Shown: positions 35,386-48,574, counted from the first letter of the stretch. The stretch: 64,000 nt of DNA from Mobula hypostoma (GCF_963921235.1 NC_086108.1:106270001-106334000), one strand, 5' to 3'. The notes: generated from the sequence alone by a model not told the origin. Numbers and translations are program-made.

Positions 35386-35647
35386 CTACATTCTCTGATA
35401 TTAAATAGAACTGTTGAAATATTATGACTTCTCTCGCATCATTTTCCGGCTGTCCGATGTTCACTCTTGCCTCTCATTTACTCCTTATATATCTGAAAAG
35501 AATGATCATTTCAGAGGATCTGTCCTGGGCCCAGCACATACTGTAAGTGACATTACAAAGGAGGCACGGCAGTACCTCTACTTTCTTAGAAGTTTGCACA
35601 GATTCATCTAAAACCTTGCCAAATTTCGATACATTAACTGCCATTGT

Positions 35648-36635
35648 ACCCTGGATCATGGACGACCTGAATGGCAGACCAGTTTGTGCGGCTTCAGAGC
35701 TGTGTGTCAGACATGGCTATATGCAGCAGTGGTGCCCCAGAGAGGACTGTATTGGCTCCCTTCCTGTTTACCTTGTATACCTCAGACTTTAGATACAACA
35801 CTGAGTCATGTCACCTGCAGAAATTCTCTGATGACTCAGCAATAGTTGAGTGTATAAAGGGAGGACGGGAGGATGAATACTGGGCCCTGGTGGAGGACTT
35901 TGTCAAATGCTGCAAGCTGAATCATCTGCAGCTCAACATCAGTAAGACAAAGGAGATGGTGATGGACTTTAGGAAAACTAAGCCTGCACTGCTCCCTGTT
36001 ACTATTGATGGTGAGGACGTGGATGTGGTGAGAACCTACAAGTACCTGGGTGTGCACCTGGATGACAAACTTGAGCAGAGCTCCAACACAGAAGCTGTTT
36101 ACAAGAAGGGCCTGACTCACCTCTACTTCTTGGGAGACTGAGGTCCTTTGGAATATGCAAGCCTCTCTTTCACATGTTCTACCAGTCTGTTGTTGCCAGC
36201 ACAATCTTCTCTGCGGTGGTGTGCTGGGGCAATGGCATAAACACAGGCTCAATAAACTGATTAGAAAGGCTGGCTCTGTTATAGGAGTCAAACTGGACAC
36301 ACTGGAGGCTGTGATAGAACAAAGGACCCTCTAGAAAATCCTGGCAATTCTCAATAATGTTTCTCACCCTCTGCATGCCAGCTTGACTGAACAGAGGAGC
36401 ACTTTTAGTAATAGACTAAGACAACTGCGCTGCTCCAAGGTCCACCATTTGAGATCATTCTTACCCTTGGCCATTAGGCTCTATAATGAGTCGACCTATA
36501 ACCTGGGAAGCGATGACCCTTTCTGTTAGAGGTAACTTTTTTTTATTCTTTCTTACTTCTCTTCTAATACTTGTATATTTGTATATCTGTGTACTTGCTA
36601 CTGTGACACTGTAATTTCCTTTGGGATAAGTAATG
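35648..36635 (+). mobile_element. Rex1/Babar-like LINE 3' part (second family)
   Basis: GAP..TVLAPFLFTLYTSD..KFSDD..LNISKTKEM..YKYLG RT motifs. Confidence 0.85.
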
Positions 36636-36644
36636 TAGCATTAT

Positions 36645-37312
36645 ACTCTATACTTTATTGTCGCCAAACAATTGATACTAGAATGTACAATCATCACAGC
36701 GATATTTGATTCTGCGCTTCCTGCTCCCTGGATTACAAATATTAAATATTAAAAATATTTAAAATAGTAAAAATTAGTAAATATTAAAAATTTAAACTAT
36801 AAATCATAAATAGAAAATAGAAAAATGGAAGGTAAGGTAGTGCAAAAAAACTGAGAGGCAGGTCCGGATATTTGGAGGGTACGACCCAGATCCGGGTCAG
36901 GATCCGTTCAGCAGTCTTATCACAGTTGGAAAGAAGCCGTTCCCAAATCTGGCCATACGAGTCTTCAAGCTCCTGAGCCTTCTCCTGGAGGGAAGAGGGA
37001 CGAAAAGTGTGTTGGCTGGATGGGTTGTGTCCTTGATTATCCTGGCAGCACTGCTCCGGCAGCGTGCAGTGTAAAGTGAGTCCAAAGACGGAAGATTGGT
37101 TTGTGTGATGTGCTGCGCCATGTTCACGATCTTCTGCAGCTTCTTCCAGTCTTGGACAGGACAACTTCCATACCAGGTTGTGATGCACCCTAGAAGAATG
37201 CTTTCTACGGTGCATCTATAAAAATTAGTGAGGGTTTTAGGGGACAAGCCAAATTTCTTTAGTTTTCTCAGGAAGTAAAGGCGCTGGTGGGCTTCTTGGC
37301 AGTGAACTCTAC
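36645..37312 (-). mobile_element. Rex1/Babar-like LINE, young family
   Basis: Reverse copy of 2900-3540. Confidence 0.88.
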
Positions 37313-37334
37313 TTGAACTAGTTATCTATCTATC

Positions 37335-37915
37335 TAGATGTGTGGAGGATAGCATCCTGACTGGTTGCATCACAGCCTGGTATGGAAACACCAAAGTCCA
37401 AGAATGGAAACATCCAGAAAAAGTAGAGATTACAGCCTAGAGCATTACAGTAAAAACCCTCCTCACCACTGAGCACATCTCTAAGGAGTGCTACCACAAA
37501 AAATAAGTCTCCACTATCAAGAACCCCCACCATCCAGGCCATGTTTCCTTCTCACTGCTGTAATTAGGAAGGAGGTACAGGAACCTTATGTCCCACACTA
37601 CCAGATTCAAGAACAGTTATTACCCTTCAACCATTAGGCTCCTGAACCAGTGTGGATAACTTCACTCACCTCATCTCTGAACTGATTGCACAACCTACAG
37701 CCTCTCTACTTGTTATTATTATCGGTCCTGTTTGTAATTGCACAGTTTGTCGTCTTTTGCACATTGGTTACTTTTCAGCCTTTGTTTATGTGTAGTATTT
37801 CATTACTTCTATTGTATTTCTCTGTTCTAATGTGAATGCTTGCAAGAAAATGAATCACAGGGTAATATATGGTGGCGTATAGGTACTTCGAAAATAAATT
37901 TACTTTGAACTTTGA
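37335..37915 (+). mobile_element. Old Rex1-like 3' fragment
   Basis: SILTGCITAWYG..HPGH..RRYR remnant plus the recurrent tail. Confidence 0.65.
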
Positions 37916-38569
37916 AATCGTACTTCAATATTCAAGTTCAAGTTTCATTAGCATTCAACCATACCGTGAATACGGCCAATTGAAACGGTGTCCCTCTGGC
38001 ACCAAGGTACAAAACACAGTACCAACAGTCACACACAGCACAAGGCACATATAGTGCATATGAAATGACAGTAAAATACAGTCACACGTGAAAATTACAG
38101 CCCAAGTCCCTGAGCCAATGAATGTTGTAACTATCTGCAGTCAACCACAACCAAGCCTGTCTTCTGCTGAGTGAACTCTGGGGGCAACACTGACTCTCTG
38201 TACACTGAAAAACCCTGCTGATACGAGTGTAGTTTCATATCTTGCATGACATCTGATCCAAGACAGATTTCCCCAGCCTAAAACATTGGATAGTCTCCAC
38301 TGCAAGGATCATTGTGAAACTTCACCAAGCGGTGAACTGACAGCTTTGTTCTTCTGATCTTGTTGGAGGAATAAAGCTGTCAAGACTAAGGACTTAGTCC
38401 ATTTTAAATGGTATTAAAGGTTAGATTTATTTGTTACATATACATCGAAACATTGAAATATACAGTGAAATGCCTAGTTTGTGTGAACAGCCAGCAAGGT
38501 CTGCCTCAGTCCGAGAAGTGCACAATTGTCGCCACATTTCCCATGCTGACATAGCATGCCCACAACTTA

Positions 38570-38735
38570 CTCTAACTTGTATGTCTGTGGGATGTGGGAG
38601 AAATCTGTAGCACCTGGAGGAAACCCACACAGTCTTGGGGAGAACATACAAATTTACAGATGGCTGCGGGAATTGGACCCTGATCAGAGATTGCTAGCAC
38701 TGTAAACCGTTGCACTAACCACTGCATTACCATGC
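38570..38735 (-). mobile_element. V-SINE-type SINE
   Basis: GGTCCAATTCC B-box-like motif and TGTTCTCCCCAAGACTGTGTGGGTTTCCTCCAGGTGCT core on minus strand. Confidence 0.65.
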
Positions 38736-38919
38736 CAACCCAATTCCAGTTCTGGCTCCAGCAACCACTAGTTCCAGTCAGTATGATCAAGGCCATTAAA
38801 ACAAAGACATGGACAATTGACAGAGTCAAATAACACAGAGCCAGGTCCTTTAGCCCAACTTTTTCATGCCAGCCAAGATTTATATCCAAGCTAGTGCCAT
38901 TTGCACTAGAGTCAACAAT

Positions 38920-39260
38920 TCATAGACAACTACAGCACAGAAATAGGCCCTTTGGCCCATCTAGTCCATGCTGAACTATTAATCTGCCTTGTTCCATTGA
39001 CCTGTACCCAGAACAAAATCCTACTTACCCCTCCCATCCATGTACCTATCCAAACTTCTCTTCAAACCCACATCTACCACTTCCACCTGCAGATCATTCC
39101 TCACTCTCATCATTCCCTGAGTGAGTAAGCTCTCCCTCATGTTCCCCTTGAACATTTCACCTTTCACCCTTATTAACCCATGACCTCTGGTTCTGGTCTC
39201 ACCCTACCTCGGTGGAAAATGCCTGCTTGCATTTCCCCCATCTCTCCCTCTCATAACTAG
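38920..39260 (-). mobile_element. CR1 3' fragment
   Basis: Reverse CR1 3' coding remnant and tail. Confidence 0.65.
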
Positions 39261-39781
39261 TTTGGCCCAGATCTCTCCGAACCTTTCATATACATGTACC
39301 TGTCCAAATGACTTGTAAATTTTGTTCACTTAGTTAAAATGAAAGACAGAGGAGAATGCCATGCAGATAGAACTGCACACAAAGGACTTCAAGTCTTGTA
39401 TATGATGTAATCTCCAGGCTGTACTGCATTGTTGGTTGTACGCTAGAGACTGAGAACTGACGCTTTATATATCCTCATAGATACTATAATACCTAGGCAT
39501 AATTGAGAAGGTAGGTAATTAAAAGAGCTGTAATGTGATTTAATTATGAATTTTGGTTATGAAGAACACACCACACTGAGATCTATGTCACTTGTGTATG
39601 TGTGTGTGTTAATGTTTATTGCAGAGTGAGTAATTGGGAGGATTTATATATTGATCTGCAGAATGATATTGCAGTGGAGGATTTTAATTACTTCCTTCAG
39701 ATTGGAAAGGTTGAGGAGTGAGAAGAGAGATGAGGAAACGTCATGTGTGAGTCTCATCCAGATACGATGTGAATGTAAAAA

Positions 39782-40220
39782 AGGGTGCCACAGTTGCACA
39801 GCTGTCAGCGCGATGCCAGTGCAGTGAGATCAGAGTGCAATTCCGATGCCGTCTGTCAGGAGTTTCTCCATTCTCCCCCGTGGCTGCGCGGGTTTCCTCC
39901 GGGTGCTCCAGCTTTCACCCACGTTCCAGAGACGCACGGATAGGGTTTGTGAGTTGTGGACATGCTGTGTTGGCACTGGAAGCATGGTGACATCTGCGGG
40001 CTGCCCCCAGCACAGTCCTCGGACTGTGTTGGTCGTTGATGCAAAATGACTCATTTCACAATATGCTCAGTCCAAAGACGTACAGTACTGCTTAGTAGAT
40101 TAATTGGTCATTGTAAGTTGTCCTGTGTTTAGGCTGGGGTTAAATAGGCGGTTTGCTGGGTGGTGTGGCTCATTAGGCTAGAAGGGCCAGTCCAGCACCA
40201 TATTGGCACATAAATAAATA
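39782..40220 (+). mobile_element. V-SINE-type SINE(s)
   Basis: TTCTCCCCCGTGGCTGCGCGGGTTTCCTCCGGGTGCTCCAG core; TAAATAAATAAA tail. Confidence 0.7.
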
Positions 40221-40309
40221 AAAAAACTGCTTCACCTGAGGTCGAGATGGAGTCATGAGTAACATATGTAATACTTCCTCAAAGAATGGAGAAAGTCATG
40301 TGACCCAAC

Positions 40310-40525
40310 ATTAGGAGGCTGGTGAATCTGTGGAATTTGTTGCAACAGGCAGCTGTGGGTATATTTAAGGCAGAAGTTGATAGATTCTTGATTAGTCAGG
40401 ACACAAAGGGATACAAGGAGAAGGCAGGAGACTGGGGCTGAGAGGGAAATGGATCAGCCATGATGAAACGGTGGAACAGACTCGATGGACCAAATGGCCT
40501 AATTCCACTCCTCTATCTTGTGGTC
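40310..40525 (+). mobile_element. CR1 3' end
   Basis: VNLWNLL..FKAEVDRFL plus 3'UTR. Confidence 0.7.
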
Positions 40526-40731
40526 TATATCTATTCCACTTACCGCTCTTTGCTCACACTTACCTCTCTGTTCCCACACACTCTCTTTCTCTCAATATTA
40601 CAGCAATGTCCATCTGCCCGCATTCTCTCTCAAGCCAGGTTGTGTTTATTGTCAAATGCAGAGGTAGTTGCACACACAAGTGCAATGAAAAACTCACTCG
40701 CACCAGCATCAAAGGCACACAGCATAAGAAC

Positions 40732-42640
40732 GTAAGACATAGGAGTAGAATTTGATCCATTGAGTTTGCTCTGTCATTCCATCACTATTATCCCTCTCAA
40801 ACCCACTCTCCTGCTTTCTCCTCATAATCTTTAACACCCTGACTAATCAAGAGCCTGTCAACCTCTACTTTAAATATACTCAGTACCTTGGCCACTACAG
40901 CCATCTGTGGCAATGAATTCCACAAATTCACTATCCTCTGACTGAAGAAAATCCTTCTCATCTTTGTTCTAAATGCAAATCCTTCCATTCTGAGGCTGTG
41001 CCCTTTGGTCCTAGATTCCCCCTCTACAGGAAACATCCTTGCCTCATCCACTCTGTCTAGGCCTTTCAACTTTCGAAAGGTTTTAGTGAGATCCCCCCCC
41101 CCCCACCACCACATTCTTCTAACTCTATATTCCTCATATATTAACCCTTTAATTCCTGGAATCATTCTAGTGAATCTTCTCTGGACACTCTCCATGCCAG
41201 GACATCTTTGTTAGATAAACACAAAATAATCTGCCGATGCTGTGATCAAAGCAACACTTACAGTACGCTGGATGAACTCAGCAGGTCGGGCAGCATCAGT
41301 GGAAGCGTCAACTCATCATTTCCACTGATGCTGCCCGACCTGCTGAGTTCATCTTTGTTAGATAAATTGCCCAAAACTGCTCACAATACACCAAGGGTGA
41401 TCTGAACAATGCCTTATAAGATCCCAGCATTATATCCTTGTTCTTGTTTTTGCATTTTCATCCTCTGGAAACAAATGCGAACATTGCATTTGCCTTCCTT
41501 ACCACTGACTCAATCTGCAAGTGAACCTTTAGGAAATCACGCAAGAGGACGCCCAAATCCCTATGTCCCTCCGATTGTTGAACTTGCTCCCTGTTTAGAA
41601 AATAGTCTATGCCTTTATTCCTTCTACTAAATTGCATGACCATACAGGTCCTGAAACTGTGTTCCATCTGCCACTTCTTTGCCCATTCTTCCAATCTGCC
41701 TAGGTCTTTCTGCAGACTCCCTGCTTAACACTACCTGCTCCTCCATCTATCTTTGTATTGTCCATGAGCCTAGTCACCAAGCCATCAGTTCTGTCATCCA
41801 AATCATTGACATATAACATGAAGAAAAGCAGTCCGAACACTAGTGTCCTTGAGGAACACCACCAGTCACCAGCAGCCAACCAGAATAAACCCCCTTTATT
41901 CCCATTCCTTGCCTCCTGCCAGTCTGTCAATCTTCTATCCATGCTAGTGTTTTTTCTGTTACTCTGTGGATTCATATCTTCCTAAGCACCCTTACGTGTG
42001 GCACCCTGTCAAAGGCTTTCTGAAAATCCAAGTATGTGACATCCACTGACTCTTCATTGTCTATTCTGCCTGTTATTTCCTCAAAGAAATTCACCTAATT
42101 CTGACGTTGGCTGACTTTATCATGTGCCACCAAGTACCCTGAGAAATCTTCCTTAATAATAGACTCTAACGTCTTCCCAACCACCAAAATCAGGCTAAAT
42201 GGCCTATAATTTCCCTTCTTCTACCTCCCTGCCATCTTGAAGAGTAGAGTGAATTTTCCAATTTTCCAGTCCTCTGGAATCATTCCAGAATCTAGTGATA
42301 CTTGAAGGATCATTACTAATGCCTCCACAATCTTTTCAGATAAATCTTTCAGAATCCTGGGATGCGGTCCATCTCATCTAGGAGACTTAGCTACCTTCAT
42401 GCTCTTTACCTGCAAATGATCTTCTCCTTAGTGATAGCAACTACACTTACTTCTGCCCATTAACTCTCTCGAATTTCTAGAATACTGCAATTTGTATCTC
42501 CCACCCTGGCTATTGCTCAGAGGGTTGCAAAAAACTCCCACCATGGTCTTTTTACCCTTGCAGTTTCTTAACTCTACTTACAAGTTCCGATCCTGTGTCA
42601 TCGCTTTCTGATTTCATTTTTTACCAACACAGCCACCCTA
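40732..42640 (-). mobile_element. Degenerate CR1 RT-to-3' region
   Basis: ORFs 40797-41195, 41458-41694 and 41700-41975. Confidence 0.82.
41220..41349. mobile_element. Hairpin mini-Penelope insertion
   Basis: Perfect 34-bp inverted repeat 41271-41304/41320-41353; direct repeat CATCTTTGTTAGATAAA at 41203-41219 and 41350-41366. Confidence 0.8.
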
Positions 42641-43624
42641 CCAAATCAGCAGCATTCACGACAAAAACAGAAATTATCCAGACTTATATGATAAGGACTA
42701 CAATTAGAACAAAAAAATATCCATTGTTGTGGAAGTAGTCATTCGATTGGTGTACTGGTTTAGTGATTAAGGTTGTGCAGGTTGCTTCAAGGTCAGAATT
42801 TGGTGGCATGGGACTTGAGGTTTCTGTAGCTCCTGTCCAGAGGTAGCTGTGAGATAGTGGCCTGGTCTGATGGTAGAACATGTAACACAGAACAGTACAG
42901 CACTGTGTAGGCCCTTCGGCCCACAATGCTATGCCAACATCTTAACCAATTCTATGATCAATCTAAACCTTTCCTTCCAAATGACCCTCCATTTTTCTAT
43001 CATTCATGTACCTGTCTAAGACACGCTATAATGTCCCTAATGTATCTGTGTCTACTATCACTCCTGGCAGTGGGTTCCAAGCATCCACAACTCTCTGTAC
43101 AAATAACCTATCTCTGACATCCCCTCTATACTCTCCTCCAGTCACCATAAAATTATGCATGGGGATCATTGATGTAAATATTGCATCCTATGGATACTGC
43201 TAATTGTGTGGAAGGATGTACCTGAGTCCAACACTCCCCATAGCTTCGTACCTTCCTGTACATTCAAATTACTGTACCAGACACTGATGCAACCAGTCAG
43301 GGTACTTTCAACCATGCATCTGTTAGCGTGTTTGGGACAAGCTGAACCTCCTTAACTTTCTTAGAAATTAAAGATGCTGATACCCTTTTCTTGGATTCTC
43401 CTGAGTCTGCTAGTGTCCATTTCCCCTTATGCAGTTGCCCTCCTCCCTCAGTCTCTCCCTGCCTCTGTCTCTCACTCCCCTACTCTCTCCTTAATTTTCT
43501 GCTAGCTCTCTTCATTCCTTGTTGCCTCTCTGTCATCCTCCCCTTCTCTTTGCTTACCCTCTCTTTGCTCTAGGGGCATCTCTTCCCCTGCCCTGCATAC
43601 TTCCAACAAAGTCACAGTTGATGG

Positions 43625-43891
43625 ATATTGCTTCTCACCTCCCAGCTTCTCAATTCATCCACACTTCCCCCCCCCCAACCTATTATACCTTCCGTCCTAC
43701 TTGGCTTCATCGATCTCCTTCCCCTCCCTCCACCTTTATATTTGGGCTTCTCCCTCCTTCCTCTCCTGTCCTGATGAAGGTTCTTGGTCTGAAATATTGA
43801 TTCTTTATTCCTCTCGATGCTGCCTGGCCTCCTGAGTTCCTTCATCATTTTGTGTGCATTGCTTTGGATTTTCAGCCTTTGCATAATCTCT
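43625..43891 (+). mobile_element. Penelope 3'UTR/pseudo-LTR fragment with degenerate hammerhead
   Basis: GTC CTGATGA AGG..TCT GAAA TATT GA at 43768-43800. Confidence 0.7.
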
Positions 43892-45765
43892 CTTTTTAAA
43901 TCTTTTTATTAATTTTTCCAAGATTATAAACAAAACAACAATGTTGACACAAAGAGAATGGAATAATTTTATTGTTAATAAACATATACAGAAAAAAATT
44001 CAGATAACTTTGTGGGCTGAAGGGCCTGTACTGTGCTGTACTATTCTATAACACAGGTATAGTAGACTTCCAAACTCACGATATAATTAATCATAGAAAA
44101 AAAAGAAATAAAAAGAAAAAAAATACAAAGAAACCCCCCCAAAAAAACCCAAAAAGAACTAAATACTAAGCCCTAAAAAAAAGCAAACGGAACAAAACAA
44201 GGCTAGACAAATACTGAACCTGTTCGATTTAAGATAATGTTGTCAACTCCGCTCCTCTATTCGTATATTTTAAGTTAATACGAAGGATTCAGAAAGGTCA
44301 AATTACGTCATATGAAAGTGTTGAATAAACGGTTTCCAAGTCTCTTCAAATTTAACTGAAGGATCAAAAATATCACTTATAATTTTTTCTAAATTTAAAA
44401 ATAATATAGTTTGGGAAAACCGTTGGGATGTAGTAGGAGGATTGGTCTCTTTCCAGTTCAATAAAATAGATCTTCTGGCCATTAGAGTAACAAATGTGAT
44501 CATCCGACAGGCTGAAGAAGATAAAGATCTATGTTCTACCATTGGCAATTCAAAAATTGCCGTAATAGGATGGGGTTGTAAATCAAAAAGCAGAACTGTT
44601 GAGATAATATCAAAAATATCTTTCCAATATTTTGTCAAAAGAGGACAGACCAAAACATATGAGTTAAAGAAGCCACCTCAGAGTGACATCTGTCGCAAAT
44701 AGGGTTTATATGGGAGTAAAAACAGGCTAATTTACCTTTAGACATATGGGCTCTATATGGGATCTATTCAAGTTCAACATTTTACCGTTAATTAATCAGG
44801 TTAACCAACTGATTACTAAGTGGTCCCCACTGTCTCTATCACTGATTGGCCGAATTAATGCTATTAAAATGATTATTTTACCTAAATTTTTATATTTATT
44901 TCAAATGATACCAATTTTTATTCCTAAATCCTTTTTTGATAGTATCGATTCTAAAATTTCCTCTTATATATGGCAGAACAAAAATCCCAGATTAAGTAAA
45001 AAATATTTACAGAAGTCCAAGAAAGATGGTGGTTTATCACTGCCTAACCTATAGTTTTATTATTGGGCAATTAATATTCAATACTTAATATTTTAGACAC
45101 AAAACTGGAATATAATTCCAAGCCCATATTGGGTAAACCTTGAAGGCTACTATGTACAAGGGCTCTCTTTAGCTTCCATTTTAGGAACTTCACTTCCTTT
45201 TGTACTATCTAAATTGAATAAACAAATGGTTAATCCAATAGTTAGACATACATTGAGAATATGGTTTCAATTTCGTAAATTTATTGGTTTGAACAAATTT
45301 ATATTATCAAGCCCTATTATATCTCATTTTTTTTCAACCCTCGGTTATGGACCAAGCCTTTTTGATATGGAAAACGAAAGGTATAACATGTTTTGGTGAC
45401 TTATTTCTGGATAACTGTTTCATGTCTTTTGAACAGTTATCTAAGAAATTTGATTTGCCTAGATCCCATTTTTCTGATATTTACAAATAAGAAATTTTTT
45501 AAGTACTATGTTGCCTACCTTTCCGACCTCATACCCTACTGATATTATCAATAAAATTTTAGGTTTAAATCCTCTTCAGAAGGGATTAATAGCATCTATC
45601 TATGATATGATTATGAAATTACAGCCAGATATATCTGATAAAATTAAAAATGAATGGGAAAGGGAACTTCAATCTTGCCTACCTATTGAGAAATGGGATA
45701 AAATTTTTCATTTAGTCAGTACTTCCTCTATATGTGCTGAACAAACATTAATACAATTTATAGTA
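43892..45765 (-). mobile_element. L1-clade LINE with 5' inversion
   Basis: Minus-strand ORF2 C-terminus (~44303-44756); plus-strand upstream ORF2 (~44757-45765; LSLIGRINAIKMIILPKFLYLFQ); 16-bp TSD CCTTTGCA(T/G)AATCTCT at 43876-43891 and 45766-45781. Confidence 0.88.
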
Positions 45766-46376
45766 CCTTTGCAGAATCTCTTCTGTTTTAGAAGTGGTGG
45801 AGTTGTCAAGGGTGAAGGCAACAATGTGGCTGGTATCTGACTGAAAGCGTTTCCTTGGTGCATGTTAGATAAAGATAAAGTCATTTTAGTCTGAGTCATT
45901 TATGTGTGATCAATATGTCAGGAAAAAAACACTGAAAAAGTTTGAAAATGTCTTCATAATGATAATATTTTGTTTCAAAAAGGTTGGTAAAGTTTTTATG
46001 AAACAAGAATTGCAAGCCAGTAGGAAACCATAAATTATAGCAAGAAAATTATTCAGTTGGATTTTGTTCCTACCTCCCATTTAATGGCCAGTTTTCCTGA
46101 GTTTGTCAGGTGAGTTTTCAAAAAACAGTAGGACATCAAATTGGTCACTTATAATTTTTACTGCCTGTCACAGGAAAATTGCAGGATATAACATTCTGAC
46201 AACAATCTTCAGGGTTCATATCAAATGCATTTTTGGTTGAAGCAGAGAACTTTATTCACCTCATCACTGAAATATTTCTGCAATCTATGGAGTCACTTTC
46301 AACTACTCTTCATCTCATGCTCTCGATATTTACAGATTATTTATTTGTTATTGTTATTTTTTTTGTATTTGCACAG

Positions 46377-47105
46377 TTCCATCAACACAGGTATACCACA
46401 TGGCTGTGTGCTTAGTCCCCTGCTGTACTTGCTCTACACCTACAACGGTGTAGCTAAGCACAACTCCAACACCATATTCAGGTTTGCTGATGACACCACT
46501 GTTACGGGACTTATCAAAGGTGGCAATGAATCAGCATATAGGAGCAAGATTGAAAATTTGGCTGAGTGGTTTCATAACAACACCTTCTCACTCAATGTCA
46601 GCAAGACAAAGGAACTGATTGTAGACCTCAGGAGAGGAAAACCAGAGGTCCATAAGCCAATCCTCATCAGAGGGTAAGAAGTGGAAAAGGTCAGTAGCTT
46701 TAAATTCCTGGGTGCCACTATCCCAGAAGACCTGTCTTGGGCCCATCATACAACTGTAATTGCAAAGACAATGTCTCTATTTCCTCAGGAGTCTGCAGAG
46801 ATTTGGCATGGCATCAAAATCCTTGACTATCTTCTATAGATGTGTAGAGGAAAGTGTGCTGACTGACTGCATAATGGTCTAGGAATGGGAAATCCTACAA
46901 AAGGTAGTGGATACAGCATCCCTTATCCAAAAGGTAACGGATAAAGCCCTCGTAACCAGTGAGCACATCTACATAGGAAAGCAGCATCCATCATCAAAGA
47001 TCCTGCCCACCCAGGCCATGCTCTTCTCTCACTGCCGCCATCAGGTAGAAGATACAAGAGCCTCAGGACTTGCACCACCAAGTTCAAGAACAGTTGCTTT
47101 CCTTC
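46377..47105 (+). mobile_element. Old Rex1/Babar-like RT fragment
   Basis: TGIPHGCVLSPLLY..FADDT..LNVSKTKELIVD. Confidence 0.8.
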
Positions 47106-47109
47106 AATC

Positions 47110-47575
47110 TATTAGGTACTCCTGCTCGTTAAAGCAAATATCTAATCAGCCAATCACATGGCAGCAACTCACGCATAAAAGCATGCAGACATGGTCAGGA
47201 GGTTCAGTTGTTGTTCAGACCAAACATCAGAAAGGGGAATAAATGTGATATTTGATCATGGAATGATTGTTGCTGCCAAACAAGACGGTTTCAGTTTCTC
47301 AGAAAATGCTGATCTCCTAGGATCTTCATGCACAATACTCTCTCGAGTTTAAAGAGCATGGTGCAGAAACAAAAGAGCATCCAGTGAGCAGTGGTTCTGT
47401 GGGCAAAAACACCTTGTTAATGTGAGGGGTTAGAGGAGAATGGTCAAAATGGTTTGAGCTGACAAGATGTCTCAGTAACTCAAATAACCACATGTTACAA
47501 CTGTGGTGTGCAGAAGAGCATCTCTGAATGCACAATGCATCAAACATTGAAGTGGATGGGCTACAGCAGCCAACA
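47110..47575 (+). mobile_element. Tc1-like non-autonomous DNA transposon fragment
   Basis: Homologous (inverted) to pieces of the TA-flanked element at 54528-57562. Confidence 0.7.
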
Positions 47576-47723
47576 CAGTCCAAGCATTGTGTTGGGGGTA
47601 CCACATAGCGTGCCTACAACCCATTAATCCTAATCAGTACATATTTGGAATGTGTGCGGAAACTGGAGCAACCAGAGGAAATCATAAGACCATGGGGAGA
47701 ATGTACAAAGTCCTTACAGAGAG

Positions 47724-48406
47724 ACTTTACCCGTGAGTCGGTTGGGGTGATATACTGCATCCGGTGCTCCCAATGCGGCCTTCTATATATTGGCGAGACC
47801 CAACACAGGCTGGGAGACTGTTTCGCTGAACACGTACGCCAGAGAAAGCAGGATCTCCCAGTGGCCACGCATTTTAATTCCACGTCCCATTCTGATATGT
47901 CTCTCATCTACCTCCTCTACTGTCAAGATGAAGCCACATTCAGGTTGGAGGAACAACACGTTATATTCCGTTTGGGTAGCCTCCAACCTGATGGCATGAA
48001 CATTGACCTCTCTAATTTCCATTAATGCCCCTCCTCCTTCTTGCCCCACCCCTTATTTATTATTTTTTTTTCCCCTTTCTTTCTCTCTTTTTCTCCCTCT
48101 GTCCCTCTCACTATATCTTCCTCTGATGCTCCCCTCCCCCTTTTTCTCCCTAGGCCTCCCGTCCCATGATCCTTTCCCTTTTCCAGCCTAGTATCCCTTT
48201 TGCCAATCAACTTTCCAGCTCTTAGCTCCATCCCTCCTCCTCCTGTCTTCTCCTATCATTTCAGATCTCCCCCTCCCCCTCTCAAATCTCTTACTATCTC
48301 TTCTTTCAGTTAGTCCTGACGAAAGGTCTCAGCCCAAAACATTGACTATACCTCTTCCTATAGGTGCTGCCTGGCCTGCTGCATTCCACCAGCATTTTGT
48401 GTGTGT
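47724..48406 (+). mobile_element. Penelope-like element, 5'-truncated (GIY-YIG plus pseudo-LTR), nested in a SINE
   Basis: VIYCIRCSQCGLLYIGET in ORF 47645-48025; hammerhead 48312-48347 (G12A); 13-bp TSD TCCTT(A/C)CAGAGAG at 47711-47723 and 48407-48419. Confidence 0.9.
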
Positions 48407-48574
48407 TCCTTCCAGAGAGTGTTGGGAATTGTACCCCAAGTGGTGATCGTTGGCACCATAAAGCAACTGCAGTAAATGTTATGCTGCTACTGCTCTGACC
48501 TCTCTGTCTTTGGCTGCCTTTCCCATCCAGTGGCGTCCAATGTAAGCTCAAGGAAAAGAGCTTCATAATTCCGT

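Noticed and set aside
34017..35404. Degenerate ~18-bp TSD around Hero B (TACATTCCCTGTCATTAA / TACATTCTCTGATATTAA)
   Set aside because: Three mismatches; plausible but too weak to call
39680..39752. Possible 46-nt micro-exon (TTCCTTCAG..GTGAGT; LERLRSEKRDEETSC)
   Set aside because: Splice-like signals are plausible, but the peptide is unrecognised and such matches arise by chance
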